64,000 bases of DNA from assembly GCA_963849325.1 (NCBI GenBank), contig CAWKHF010000004.1:384001-448000 (forward strand). The letters are read 5' to 3'. The position numbers were made by a program, and so were the translations under genes. Below, piece after piece: positions 1-11,164 of the stretch. Within the stretch, counting starts at the first letter, position 1. The number at the start of each line of letters is the position of its first letter. The notes beneath the pieces were generated by a model. That model ran no database searches, was not told the origin of the DNA, and saw only the letters and a list, made by a program, of their open reading frames with translations. Source of the DNA: an uncultured Planctomycetota bacterium (GTDB taxonomy: Bacteria; Planctomycetota; Planctomycetia; Gemmatales; Gemmataceae).

Positions 1-3000
1 GGCTTCGCCGTCGCTGAAGCCGGTGCGCACGACGCCGCGGATGTTCGCGGCGCCGTAGAGATTGTAGCGCGTGACGGCGATGGGGCCGCCGGTCTCGCGC
101 ACGTGGACCAACGTACCCAGCGGCACCATCTCGCCCGCTTTGTTGCGGACCTTGAAACGGTTGAGGCTGTCGGGCTGACGACGGTAAGGGCCGTCTGCCT
201 GGATGGTGACCTGCCAGTGACGGCCGAAATTGCTGTAGCTGGTGACGTACAACGAACCCATGTACATGTCGAGCGTCTGGTTGACGTCGTTGAGCGATAC
301 GCCCAGGGAAGCGGCCTTGGCCCGGTCGATGTCGAGGAAGAGCTGAGGCATGTTGGAGCGGATCTGCGTGCTGACGCCGGTCAGGCCGGGGTGCTGTTGC
401 AGTTTGCGGACCAGGGCGTCGGTCTGGTGGTGCAGGGCGGCGACGCCGAGGTCGCCGCGATCCTCGATCATGAGCTTGAAGCCGCCGGCGGACCCCAGGC
501 CCGGTATGGGCGAGCCTCCGTACACCGTCACCTGAGCGTCCGGGACTTTCCGCTTCCACTCCCGCCGAAGCCGAGCCATGATGGCCGTGTCGCGCAGCTC
601 GGGACTTCGTCGCTCGTCGAACGGTTTGAGGATGACGAACATCGAGCCGAAGTTGGAGCTATTGGCTTGCAGCAGGAACGACATGCCGGCGAAAGCGACC
701 GTGTTTTGAATGCCCGGCGTCTCGTGGGCAACCTTGGCGACCTCCGCCAGCACCTCCTTGGTGCGTTGCAGGGCGGTGGAATCGGGCAGCTGGACGTTGA
801 CGATGAGGCGGCCCTGGTCCTGTTGCGGGAAGAAGCCGGCGGGCGCTCGTCGAAATTCCCAGTAGGTCAGGGCGACCAGTCCGCCGTAGACTGCCAGCAC
901 GACGAGGCTGAGGCGCAACATACGGCCGACCGTCCAGCCGTACACCGCCGTCAGGCCGTCGAAGAGGCGATTGAAGCCGCGGAACAGCCAGCCCAGCACG
1001 GCATTGATCGGCCGGATCGTCACCCAGCCGAACACGCCGCCGACCAGGGCGCCAGGTGTGAAGTAAAGGGCCGTCACCGTCCACGTCAGCCAGCGCGGCA
1101 CTTCGGCGAGCGGGGTTGCGTCCGCGCCGCGAGCGCCGAGCAGGGCATACGGATCGAATCGGCCGTGCAGCAGGTCCGGCCCTAGCCAGGCGGTGGCGAT
1201 ACCGAAAGCCACGGCGAAGATCCACCACGGCAGCGCTTCGCGGCGATGTCCGTGGCCGCCCGCCTCCGCCTTGAAGATCAGCACCGCCCGCGACGGCGTC
1301 ATGGTGATGGCGTTGATGGCCGAGATCACCGTCGAGACCGAGATGGTCAGGGCGAACTGACGGAAGAACTGGCCGGTGATGCCGCTGATGAAGGCGCACG
1401 GCACGAACACGGCGCACAGCACTAGGCCGACCGCGACGATGGGGCCGGTCACCTCTTCCATGGCCTTGATCGTGGCGGTGCGCGGCTCGTAGCCGCGGGC
1501 GATCATGCGCTCGATGTTTTCCAGCACGACGATGGCGTCGTCCACGACGATGCCGATGGCCAACACCAGGCCGAACAACGAGATGTTGTTGAGGCTGAAA
1601 TTCATCAGGGCCATGATGGCGAAGGTGCCGATGATGGACACGGGCACGTCGATCATCGGCAGGACCATGGCCCGCCAATCCTGCAGGAAAACCAGCACCA
1701 CCAGGCCGACCAGGGCGACGGCCTCCAGAAGGGTGTGGAACACCTCCCGGATCGATTCCCGAATGTAGGGCGTGGTGTCGTAGCCGATGGCGTAGTCCAC
1801 GCCGTCGGGAAAGCGCGTCTTCAGCTCGTCCATTTTCTTGCGCACGGACTCGGCGACGTCGAGGGCGTTGGTGCCGGGGAGCTGGTAGAGGCCGAGTCCC
1901 ACGGTCGGCTTGCCGTTGAAGAGGCAAGACATGTTGTAATTTTGAGCGCCCAACTCGATGCGAGCGACGTCGCGGAGGCGGACGATGGCGGCGGAGGGTC
2001 GGCCGGGCCCACGGCCCATCGTCTCGCCGCTGACGGCGCCGTTGGCCGACGCCGTGTTGCTGTTGATGGACAGGCCGGACATGGCGGCGCTCGACGCCAC
2101 GCTGCCGGTCATGCTGCTGCCGGACATGGCGCCGCCGACGGTCGTGCCGCCGCCGCCGCTGCCGGCGCCGGTCGTCGCGTCGCTGGTCGTCGCCGCACCG
2201 CCGGTCGTGCCGCCGCCGGCCAAGGGTGCCGTGCTCGTCGCGGTGCCGCTGCTGATGGCGACGCTGGTTATCGCATTGGCACTGGTCGGAGGAGGGGTCG
2301 TCGTGGCGGTGGCGCCGCTCGTCCGGCGAAGGGTGCTTTGGGCCACCAAGGAGTTCGTGGCCGTCCCCGCGCTTCCACCACGGCGCGGAGACGCCATCTT
2401 GGGCGCCGACAACGCGGCCGAGCGCGGCTGGCCGACCTTGACGATGATGTCGCCGAACTGTTCGCGGGTGACGAGCCGGCCGAGGGTGAGGATCGGCAGC
2501 TGGAAGAACTGTCCGTCCGGAGCGGGCGATCGGCCGGTCTGCCCGGCGGCGCGTCCAGGCTCTGGCTGCGGATGGCCTGGGCCACGTCGGGTGCGGTCAG
2601 GTTGAGCGCCGCCATTTTATCGGCGTCCAGCCAGGCGCGGATGCTGTAATCGCGCTGGCCCAGGTAGCTGATGTCCGAGACGCCCGGCACGCGCAGCAAC
2701 TCGTCCTTGAGGTGGATGGTGGCGTAATTGCTCAGGTAGATGTCGTCGTAGCGATTGTCGGGCGAGAACAGGTTGACGATCATGAGCAGGTCGGGCGTGC
2801 GCTTGCGGATGGTGATGCCCTGGTTCTGCACCTCGATCGGCAGCTGCGGCATGGCCAGGGTGACGCGGTTTTGCACCATGACCAGGGCCGTTTTCAAGTC
2901 GGTGCCGATGTCGAAGGTGACGGTCAGCGTATAGGTGCCGTCGTTGCCACACTGCGACGACATGTACAACATGCCGGGTACGCCGTTGACCTGCTGCTCG

Positions 3001-3197
3001 ATCGGCGCCGCCAAGGTGTCCGCCACCACTTGCGCGTTGGCCCCCGGATAACTAATGGATACCGACACGCCCGGCGGCGTGATGCGCGGATACTGCGCCA
3101 CCGGCAGCGACAACAACGCCAGTCCGCCGATCAAGGTGATGACCAGCGACAGGACCGTGGCGAAAATCGGTCGGTCGATGAAAAAGTTGGAGATCAT
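1..3197 (-). CDS. RND efflux permease (AcrB/HAE1 family); runs off window start; frameshift near 2545; long low-complexity insertion at ~1990-2435
   Basis: N-terminus MISNFFIDRPIFATVLS..LPVAQYP.ITPP; IGIVVDDAIVVLENIER motif at ~1510-1560. Confidence 0.93.
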
Positions 3198-3360
3198 GGT
3201 GACAAGGTGACAAGGTGACAAGGTGACAAGGTGACAAGGTGACGAATCAATCTCTTGGTTCTGCCGAGATGTAGCCTGTTCCGTGTACCCATATCAATCC
3301 TCTCAGTCACCTTGTCACCTTGTCACCTTGTCACCTTGTCACCTTGTCACCTTGTCACCT
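3198..3360. repeat. Inverted pair of (TGACAAGG)n / (CCTTGTCA)n octamer arrays
   Basis: Tandem arrays at 3198-3243 and 3307-3360 in opposite orientation. Confidence 0.9.
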
Positions 3361-4563
3361 GCCGGCGGCGGCGCCGTGTTTGGGACCGACGTCTGGGTGA
3401 GCAACGTCGGCATGGCGATCCGATCCGGCCGTACCTCCATACGCGCGGATTTGCGGAAGGCCGCCGACGACGACCCAGTCGTCCGCCTTCAACCCTTCCT
3501 TGATGACGCGCAGGCCGTCCGCCTGCAAAGCCCCCGTGCTGACGCGGCGATACTGCACCTTGTTTTCGGCGTCGAGGACGTAGACGTACTTCAACCCCTG
3601 GTCGGAGCCGATGGCCCGGTCGATGACCAGCAGGGCGGAGTAGGGTTGGCCCATGGGCAGACGAATCCGCACGAACATCCCCGGCGAGAACAACTGTTCG
3701 CCGCCCGACGGCTTGGGGTTGGCGAAGACGCCGCGCATCGGAAATGCTGCCGGTGGTGGGATTGACCTGGTTGTTGACGAAATTAATCGTGCCCTGATGC
3801 GGATAGCCTTCCTCTCCTTGCAGTCCCATAATCACCGGCATGGAGCCGTCGCGCAACCGCTTCAGCCTGCCCTCGTTGACGGCCTTGCGGATGCGGATCA
3901 GCGTCGGCTCGTCCAGGTCGAAGTAGACGTAGATGGGGTCCAGCGTCACGATACTGGTCAGCAGCGTCTGGTCCTGGTTGATCAGGTTGCCGGGGCTCAG
4001 GTAGGAGCGGCTGATTTGGCCGTCGATCGGGCGCGGTGATCTTGGTGAAGCCGAGGTTGAGCTTGTAGACTTCGGTGCTGGCCTCGGCGGCCTTGACGCG
4101 GGCGACGGCCTCGTCCACCGCCGCTCGGTCCTCGGCGAGCTGCTGCGTGCTGACGGCGCCCGGCGTCGCCTGGGCGATGGCCTTGTCGCGGTCGATAGGT
4201 CGTCCGTGCCAGCTTGAGAGACGCTTCGTAGAGCTTGACCTGGCTCAGGGCTTGATCGAGCTGGGCCTGGTACGGCCGCGGATCGATCTCGAACAGCAGG
4301 TCTCCCGCTTTGACGTCCGAGCCGTCCTTGAACGGCCTGCGAATCAGGTAGCCGGTGACGCGGGCGCGGACATCCACGGATTGTACCGAGTCGGTTCGGC
4401 CGGTGAAGTCCACGTAATCGGTGACTTCGCGCTGTACCGGATGGCTGACCGGCACCGCCTGCATCTCGGCCGGAGCGGCGCGGCGCGCCGACTCCCACTG
4501 GCATCCGCCCACGGCGGCCAGCAACAGGCAACCCATTGCTCCCCAACAACCTCCGCGCTGCAT
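3355..4563 (-). CDS. RND periplasmic adaptor (membrane fusion protein), frameshifted
   Basis: VDVRARVTGYL, GDLLFEIDPRPYQA, GTINFVNNQVNPTTGSI and PGMFVRIRL motifs spread over several frames; lipobox-like VGGC. Confidence 0.9.
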
Positions 4564-4778
4564 AACACTCTCCCAGGCCAGGCCCAATTACAGATCCATG
4601 AGAGTTATTGGCCGGTAAGGCCGAAAACCTTACACGCCGCGATGTTTTTCCCCAGCGAGCCGCCGCAGCAGCCGGCGAGGAAGCACTCGTGTTCGTCACG
4701 GCGGGGGCCGTTGGACCCTACTGACTTGTTTTCCCCATCAGACAGTTTATTCTGAGTAAGGAACAACGGCCCGGAATC

Positions 4779-4908
4779 CTGAGTTCTGAGTTCTGAGTTC
4801 TGAGTTCTGAGTGGTCCTGGTGGATCATCCTGCTCCCCTCAGAGAATCAGCCTTCTTCCGCCGAATTTGCCTTCCACTCAGAACTCAGAACTCAGAACTC
4901 AGAACTCA
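4779..4908. repeat. Inverted pair of (CTGAGTT)n / (AACTCAG)n heptamer arrays
   Basis: Arrays at 4779-4812 and 4876-4908; a further copy at 5670-5695. Confidence 0.85.
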
Positions 4909-4927
4909 CCAAGGCCAGGTCGCGAGA

Positions 4928-5543
4928 ATGAGTGGCGCTCTGCTTACTCGTGCGAGTTTACTAGCTCGACTGGGCGATCCCTCCGATGGCGCGGCCTGGC
5001 AGCAGTTCGTGGAGTTGTACGGCAGTCTGGTCTACGGCTTCGCCCGTCAGCGCGGCTTGCAGGATGCCGACGCGGCGGATTTAACGCAGGAAGTCTTTCT
5101 GGCGATCGCGCAGACGGCCGGCCGTTGGCACTACGATCGCCGGCAAGGCTCCTTCCGCGGTTGGCTCTACGGTCTCACGCACAACAAGATCGCCAAATTC
5201 TTTCAGCGACGGCGCGGCCAGGCAATCGGCACGGGGCGACAGCAACGCCCAGCAGCGGCTGGCCGAGGAGCCTGGCCCGGAGCCGGACCTGGAAGCGGCC
5301 TGGGAACAGGAGTATCGGCAACAGCTCTTCCGTCTGGCCGCCGCTCAGGTCCAGAAGCACTTCGCTCCGACGACCTGGCTGGCCTTCTGGCGGACCGCCG
5401 TCGAGGGCCAGAGCGGCGCTGCCGTCGCCGAGGAGCTGGGGCTTTCCGTCGGCGCCGTTTACGTGGCCCGCAGTCGCGTCCTGGCACGGCTGAGCGAGCA
5501 GGTTCGGCAAATGCAATCCTCGCTTTCCAGTTCGGAGTTCTGA
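4928..5543 (+). CDS. ECF RNA polymerase sigma factor (frameshift near 5235)
   Basis: TRASLLARL, AWQQFVELYG, DAADLTQEV, GSFRGWL, VAEELGLSVGAVYVARSRVLARL. Confidence 0.88.
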
Positions 5544-5568
5544 TACGTGTTGCGGGTGATGATGTCTC

Positions 5569-5630
5569 GTTTAGCCGCGATGCGCAGCGGAGCCGGCAGA
5601 CCCGCGCTCCGCTGTGCGTCGCGGCTAAAC
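5569..5630. repeat. REP-like palindrome, family A (GTTTAGCCGCGA.GCGCAGCGGAG...CTCCGCTG.GCGTCGCGGCTAAAC)
   Basis: Related copies at 21305-21367, 39426-39490, 40380-40446 and 43533-43598. Confidence 0.85.
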
Positions 5631-5658
5631 GGAGAAGAAATAGCGAGAACAATCGACC

Positions 5659-7930
5659 ATGTGTACTCCGAACTCAGAACTCAGAACTCAGAACTTCGGT
5701 TGTCCTTCCGCGAGTCGCTTGCAGCGGCTGCTCGCGGAGACGCCCCCGGCGGAAGACCAGGCTCCACTTGTGATCCATCTGGAAAACTGTCCTTCCTGCC
5801 AGCGACGGCTGGACGAGTTGGCCGGGGCCGACCCCGCCCTCCTCGACGCCGCCCGGGCCTTGCAACAGCAGCACGGATACGGAAGAAACCTCCCTGCGGC
5901 GTGTTCTGGACAAGGTTAGCGGCGATGCGAAGTTGATGACCCTGTACCGCTCGCACCACGGAGGATCGTGGCAATCGTCGCCTCTTCAGCCGGCGGCATC
6001 TCTCGATCTCCTCGGCACGCTGGAGGGCTACGAGATCACCGAGGTGCTCGGCCAGGGCGGCATGGGACAGGTGTTCAAGGCCTACGAGCACGCCCTCAAG
6101 CGCTGGGTGGCGATCAAGGTGATGGCTCCGTACCTGGCCGGCGAGGAGGTGGCGCGGCGGCGGTTCGCGCGGGAGGCTCAGGCCGCCGCGGCCGTGCGTC
6201 ACGAAAACGTCATCACCATCCACGCTGTCCGCGAGGCCAACGGATTGCCTTTCTTCGTCATGGAGTACGTCGCCGGCGGCTCGCTGCAGGATTACCTCGA
6301 CCGTCAGACGCCGCCCGACTGGAGCACGGTCGCCCGCCTGGGCGCCGAGGTCGCCTCGGGCCTGGCGGCGGCCCACGCCAAGGGACTGATCCACCGCGAC
6401 ATCAAACCCTCGAACATCCTGCTGCGAACCGACGAGTCCGCCGCCGAGCCGGGCCTGGCCAAGATCAGCGATTTCGGCCTGGCCCGCATCGCCGACGAGT
6501 CGCGTCTGACGCAGACGGGCCTGATCGCGGGCACGCCGATGTACATGGCCCCCGAGCAAGTCCTGGGCGAGGCGCTCGACCACCGTGCCGATCTGTTTAG
6601 CCTCGGCAGCGTCCTGTATACCCTGTGTACCGGCCGCGAGCCGTTCGTCGGCGACGGTGCGATGGCCGTCATCCGCCAGGTATGCGAGGTGACGCCGCCG
6701 CCGGTCGCGGAAGTCAACCCGGCCATCCCTCCCTGGTTGGCCGCGGTCATCGAACGGCTGCACGCCAAGCGCCCCGAGGATCGCTTCGCCTCGGCCAGCG
6801 AGGTGGCGGACTTGCTGCGTTACAACCTGGAGCATCCCCAACAACCGCGCGCCGTGTCGCGGCCTGTGGGCGAGGAGCGAAGGCGTCGGAAAAGAACTCG
6901 GCGCCGGCTCCTGGCCCTGGCCAGCGCACTCCTGTTGCTGAGTGTCCTGATGCTGGGCACTCCCCTCTGGAAGACGTACTGGCTCAGCCCTTCGGCTCCG
7001 GACAGCAGCGCCGTCCTCACCGCTGGGGGCGCGGGCGATTCTGCGCGGCCACAGTGGGCCGGTCTGGTCGGTGTCGTTTTCGCCGGATGGCCAGTCGTTG
7101 GCCAGCGGCAGCGACGATACCACCTTACGCCTCTGGGATACCGCGAGCGGCCGGGAGAGAAACGTCCTGTCCGGCCACAGCACGGCCGTCCTGGCCGTGG
7201 CTTTCGCTCACTCGGGCCGGTTCCTCCTCAGCAGCAGCGGCGACGGCGCCATCCGTCTCTGGGACGTGGCGACGGGCCAGGAGCAACCACCTCCTCTGAC
7301 GCACCACAACAGCAATGCACGCCGCATCGCCCTTTCTCCCGACGACCAGACGGTGGCAATGGGCAACAACACGCAGGGCGTCGATCTGTGGGATCTCCGG
7401 CGCGCCAGCTCCGCCAGTCGCTGCCAGGAGACCACGGCACCATCCTGGCCCTTGCATTCGCGCCGGACGGCCACACCTTGGCGACCGGAGACGCTCGCGG
7501 CCGCATCCGCTTGTGGGAGCCGGCGACCGGAAAGGAACGAGTCCGTTTCTCCGGCGATCCGCTGGGCGTCCGCGCCCTGGCCTTCGCTCCGGATAGCCGC
7601 ACCCTCGCCTCGGCCGGCACCGGCGACCGCGACGTGAAACTGTGGGACGTGACCGACCACCGCCACGTCCGGACGTTTTCCGGATCGGTGAGCGCTCCTC
7701 TGTGTCTGACCTTTTCGCCCGACGGCACGATTCTCGCCGCCGGTACGCGCGATGGCGCCGCGCTCCTCTGGGACGTGGCTTCCGCGCAAACCCGTGCGAC
7801 CCTCTCCGCTCATCAGGGGGCCGTCTGGGCCTTGACCTTCCATCCCAACGGACGCCTCTTTGCCACGGGCGGGGAAGACCGACTCGTCAAGTTGTGGGAC
7901 ACGGTTGAGCGAACCGCCCCGCAGCCCTGA
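5659..7930 (+). CDS. Ser/Thr protein kinase with N-terminal anti-sigma-like zinc finger, a TM helix and WD40 repeats (frameshifted)
   Basis: HLENCPSC; LGQGGMGQV, HRDIKPSN, DFG, GTPMYMAPE; WD repeats such as SGSDDTTLRLWD. Confidence 0.9.
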
Positions 7931-7944
7931 CCATTCTCCGCATA

Positions 7945-9474
7945 TTACCCCGGCCCGGAAGTTGCGCATGTAGGACGGCATGCGCCTTCGCGGCGCACAA
8001 AGAGGACGGCATCCCCGCGTTGCTCCACCTGACGCCATGCCGGCGAACGCTCCACCAACGGCAACAGGTCGTGGTGATAGCCGCTGGCGTCGAGAAGAAG
8101 ACAATTCACACCGTAATTCGTCAGAATGTCTTCCCAGTCAGCCCGGCCGCGGGTGACGGCGCTGTACTGCAACCAGATCTCGTCGGGGATGATTTCGATG
8201 CGACCGTCCATGAAAACGGTGTAGCGCGGGGCGAGACTCCAGCCGAGGTACTCGCCCCAGGCGAAGCGCGTGAAGATCCGTCCGCCGCCCTCGGCGCTCA
8301 GTCGATCGGCGATCAATTGCAGGTCGGTCTCGGTACGATGGGCCCGGCCCGGTCGTGCCAGGACGGGATTGAATGCTTCCAGCCACGGCAGACTCAGGAC
8401 CATCGCCGCGACGAGGACGCCACAGGCGAGGGCGTTGCCGGGAGAGGGGTGGTCGTCGGTGACATCGAGTTGTTGCAGGCGTGGCCAGAGATCGGTCAAG
8501 CGGGCGGCGAGGATGGGAGCACAAATCAACAGCCACCAGGCGACCATGCGAACGGAGCCGCAGGCCAGCGGCAGGAAACCACAGATCAGACAAATCTCCG
8601 ACCAACTCGGCCGCCGACGCGACCAGGCGAATAGGACCAGCAACAGGAGCAGCGACAGCACCCAGACCTTGCCGGTCAGCAGATGCATTCCCGGCGGAAG
8701 CCACTCGTCGATGGGCCGTCCCGACGCCCTGTCCGAAGTCAGTCCGACATAGTGGTAAACGCGCCAGCCGTAGGGATTGACCAGCGTGGCCGCCACGCTC
8801 GCGGTCAGACACAACAGCCATGCCATCGGGCGAGCGGGGGGCGTAAGCCCCCTGTTCCGAGGCAACAGGGGGCTTACGCCCCCCGCTCGCCCAAAGCCCT
8901 CAATGACGGCAGCCAGGACGTAACAACCGATCAGCACCAGGCCGATGGGAAAGCCGCCGTGGACGTTCACCCATACGGTCAGGATCAGCGGCGGCAGAAA
9001 CAACAAGCCACGGCGGCGCGGCGCGGCCTCCAGGGTAGCGTAAAGGACGACGAACAAGAGCAGCGACAGCGTTTGCGGCCGGATGATGAGCAGCTGCCAC
9101 AGACCGAAGAAGGCGAAGATGCAAACGGCAACGGACACGAGCAGCGAGCCGGAACGTCGCCACGTCAAGCCCACGAGTACCGCCATCATCATCGCCAGAA
9201 TGGCGGAGTTCACCACCTGCACGAGGGGGAGACCGCCGACCGTGTACAGCCGATAGAACACCACCTGCCAGCCCCAGTTGACATCCTGCAAGGGCTGGCC
9301 GTGTACGGTGTAGGTGAAACGATCGACGTCGAGGAGGCGGCCCTCCGTGACGATGGCCCGACCGCGAGCGAGATGGTGCCAGAGATCGGTCTGGTAGTTG
9401 CGATCGATGGCGGTGGCGATGAAGACCAGGGCCGGCGCCAACAAAGCCCGCGTCCAGCGATCCGTGGGAAGCAT
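7945..9474 (-). CDS. Polytopic membrane protein, possibly GT-C glycosyltransferase-like
   Basis: DLWHHLARGR, RPQ, WVNVHGGF, DEWLPP and FMDGR motifs; many TM segments. Confidence 0.7.
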   Translation of the reverse strand: MLPTDRWTRALLAPALVFIATAIDRNYQTDLWHHLARGRAIVTEGRLLDVDRFTYTVHGQPLQDVNWGWQVVFYRLYTVGGLPLVQVVNSAILAMMMAVLVGLTWRRSGSLLVSVAVCIFAFFGLWQLLIIRPQTLSLLLFVVLYATLEAAPRRRGLLFLPPLILTVWVNVHGGFPIGLVLIGCYVLAAVIEGFGRAGGVSPLLPRNRGLTPPARPMAWLLCLTASVAATLVNPYGWRVYHYVGLTSDRASGRPIDEWLPPGMHLLTGKVWVLSLLLLLVLFAWSRRRPSWSEICLICGFLPLACGSVRMVAWWLLICAPILAARLTDLWPRLQQLDVTDDHPSPGNALACGVLVAAMVLSLPWLEAFNPVLARPGRAHRTETDLQLIADRLSAEGGGRIFTRFAWGEYLGWSLAPRYTVFMDGRIEIIPDEIWLQYSAVTRGRADWEDILTNYGVNCLLLDASGYHHDLLPLVERSPAWRQVEQRGDAVLFVRREGACRPTCATSGPG

Positions 9475-9571
9475 ATCCGCTCTCCGCTTTCCGCTTTCCG
9501 CTTTCCACTATCCAACTATAGGTCCGAATCTCTCGGATGGCAGACAACGAGAGCGGAGAGCGGAAAGCGGA

Positions 9572-11059
9572 TTATTTGAGGTGCGCCTCGCGGAGATCGC
9601 GGAGCTTTTGCAAGGCGGGTTTGGGATGGTCGTGGGGATCGAGGAGGCCGCTGTGCGGGAATTGATGTGGCTCAGCGTCGCGGAAGTGTACCCACTGCAC
9701 GCCCTGCACGTAGGGTTTGCACAGGGCCAGGGCGGCGACGTCGGCCGCCCAGTCGGCCTGCACCTCCGGAGTGAAGCCGCTGCCCCAGTGGCCGCCCTCG
9801 ACCTGCAAATCGGGGTCGGCGTCGGCGTCGGGTTCGGCCGACGACGGATAGCCGAGCGTGACGCGCAAGTGTACGCCCAGCAGGGCGTATAAATCGAGCA
9901 CGCGCGACACTTCCAGGAGATCGCGGCAATAACTGCCGCGCGGCGTCACGCCCATGACCAGCTCCACGTTCAGGGCGGACAGGTTCAACCCGGAGCGAAT
10001 GAGCGTGTCGGCGAAGATGAACGGCGAATGAGTGCGGTCGGCCAGGGCCATATACTCGCCCCAGGGCTGGGCCACGCCGACGGTCAACTCCAGCGCCGGA
10101 TCGACCTGGCGGGCCGACTCGGCCAGGCGGTAGGTCAGTCCGAGCAAGTCGTCTTCCGACAGCGACAGGACGTTGCCGCAGTTGCTCGCCGCCGTCAGCT
10201 GCCAGCGACGGATGCGGCCGCGATAGCGGCGCACCGTCGTCTCGACGAAACGGCACATGAACGTCGCCAGGCCGGGCAGATCGCGCTCCCACTGCCACAG
10301 CCAGGCCGGCAGCCGGGCCGACGAGAAGTCGAGCAGCGGACCCGCCGAAACGTCCAGCTTTTGCGCCAGCGCCCAGTCCAGAAGCGCATCGCACTCCTGC
10401 CAGCGGAAATTCCCTTCCTCCGTCTCGATGGTGTCCCACGAGAACGGCAGGACCACGGTGTTGAACGCCGGCACGAACTGGTCCGTCACCTCGGGCGGCG
10501 GCACGGTCATGCTCAGGCGGCAAGCCAGGGCCGTGTCGAGTCGGGCTTGCCGTTGGTGGCGGATGTGAAAGACTTGCTGGACGTAGGCGCGAACGAGCCG
10601 CTCGGCGGCCTGGTAGGCCAGATCGAGGGTCGTCTGCGCCTGCTGGCTGGCTTCGTCGGCCGGGACGCCGGTGATGGCGTGGGCGAACGCCAGGCTGGTG
10701 TCGCGGATCTGCTGCTCCAACTCTGGCCCCAGCTGCAGGCCGCCGGCGCGCCAGTCGAACGCCTGACAGCGGAGCTGATTGACCTTGCCGCGAGCCAGCT
10801 CGACGAGCAGGTTGTAGGGACGGGAGCGTTCGATGAGCGTGGCGGAGGTGCCCATCATCCGGCCGCGTCCATCGATGGTCCACGGCACGATCAGATAGCC
10901 GCTCTCGTCCACGACCCGGCTGACGGTGAGCTGATTGGCGGTGAAACGTAGTTCGGTCGGCCAGGGCATGTTGTCCGGCCCGCCGGCCATGCAAGTACGT
11001 TTCAGCTCGCGCAAGGCGTCCGCCGTGGAGGACGGCAGCTGAAACGTCATCGTGCCCAT
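9572..11059 (-). CDS. Glycoside hydrolase family 10-like TIM barrel protein (degenerate)
   Basis: FNTVVLPFSWDTIETEEGNFRWQECDALLDWA, VRRYRGRIRRWQ, GLLDPHDHPKPA. Confidence 0.7.
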   Translation of the reverse strand: MGTMTFQLPSSTADALRELKRTCMAGGPDNMPWPTELRFTANQLTVSRVVDESGYLIVPWTIDGRGRMMGTSATLIERSRPYNLLVELARGKVNQLRCQAFDWRAGGLQLGPELEQQIRDTSLAFAHAITGVPADEASQQAQTTLDLAYQAAERLVRAYVQQVFHIRHQRQARLDTALACRLSMTVPPPEVTDQFVPAFNTVVLPFSWDTIETEEGNFRWQECDALLDWALAQKLDVSAGPLLDFSSARLPAWLWQWERDLPGLATFMCRFVETTVRRYRGRIRRWQLTAASNCGNVLSLSEDDLLGLTYRLAESARQVDPALELTVGVAQPWGEYMALADRTHSPFIFADTLIRSGLNLSALNVELVMGVTPRGSYCRDLLEVSRVLDLYALLGVHLRVTLGYPSSAEPDADADPDLQVEGGHWGSGFTPEVQADWAADVAALALCKPYVQGVQWVHFRDAEPHQFPHSGLLDPHDHPKPALQKLRDLREAHLK

Positions 11060-11164
11060 AAGGGGTCAGGGGTCAGGGGTCAGGGGTCAGCCGTTGTCGA
11101 TCGACCTTTTGTATCCAGCCTACCGGAGAATCCTTCCAGTAAACTATACACGAAGCTTTTCGCG

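Noticed and set aside
3198-3360. Short tandem arrays as a CRISPR array
   Set aside because: The 7-8 bp units have no unique spacers and there are no cas genes in the window
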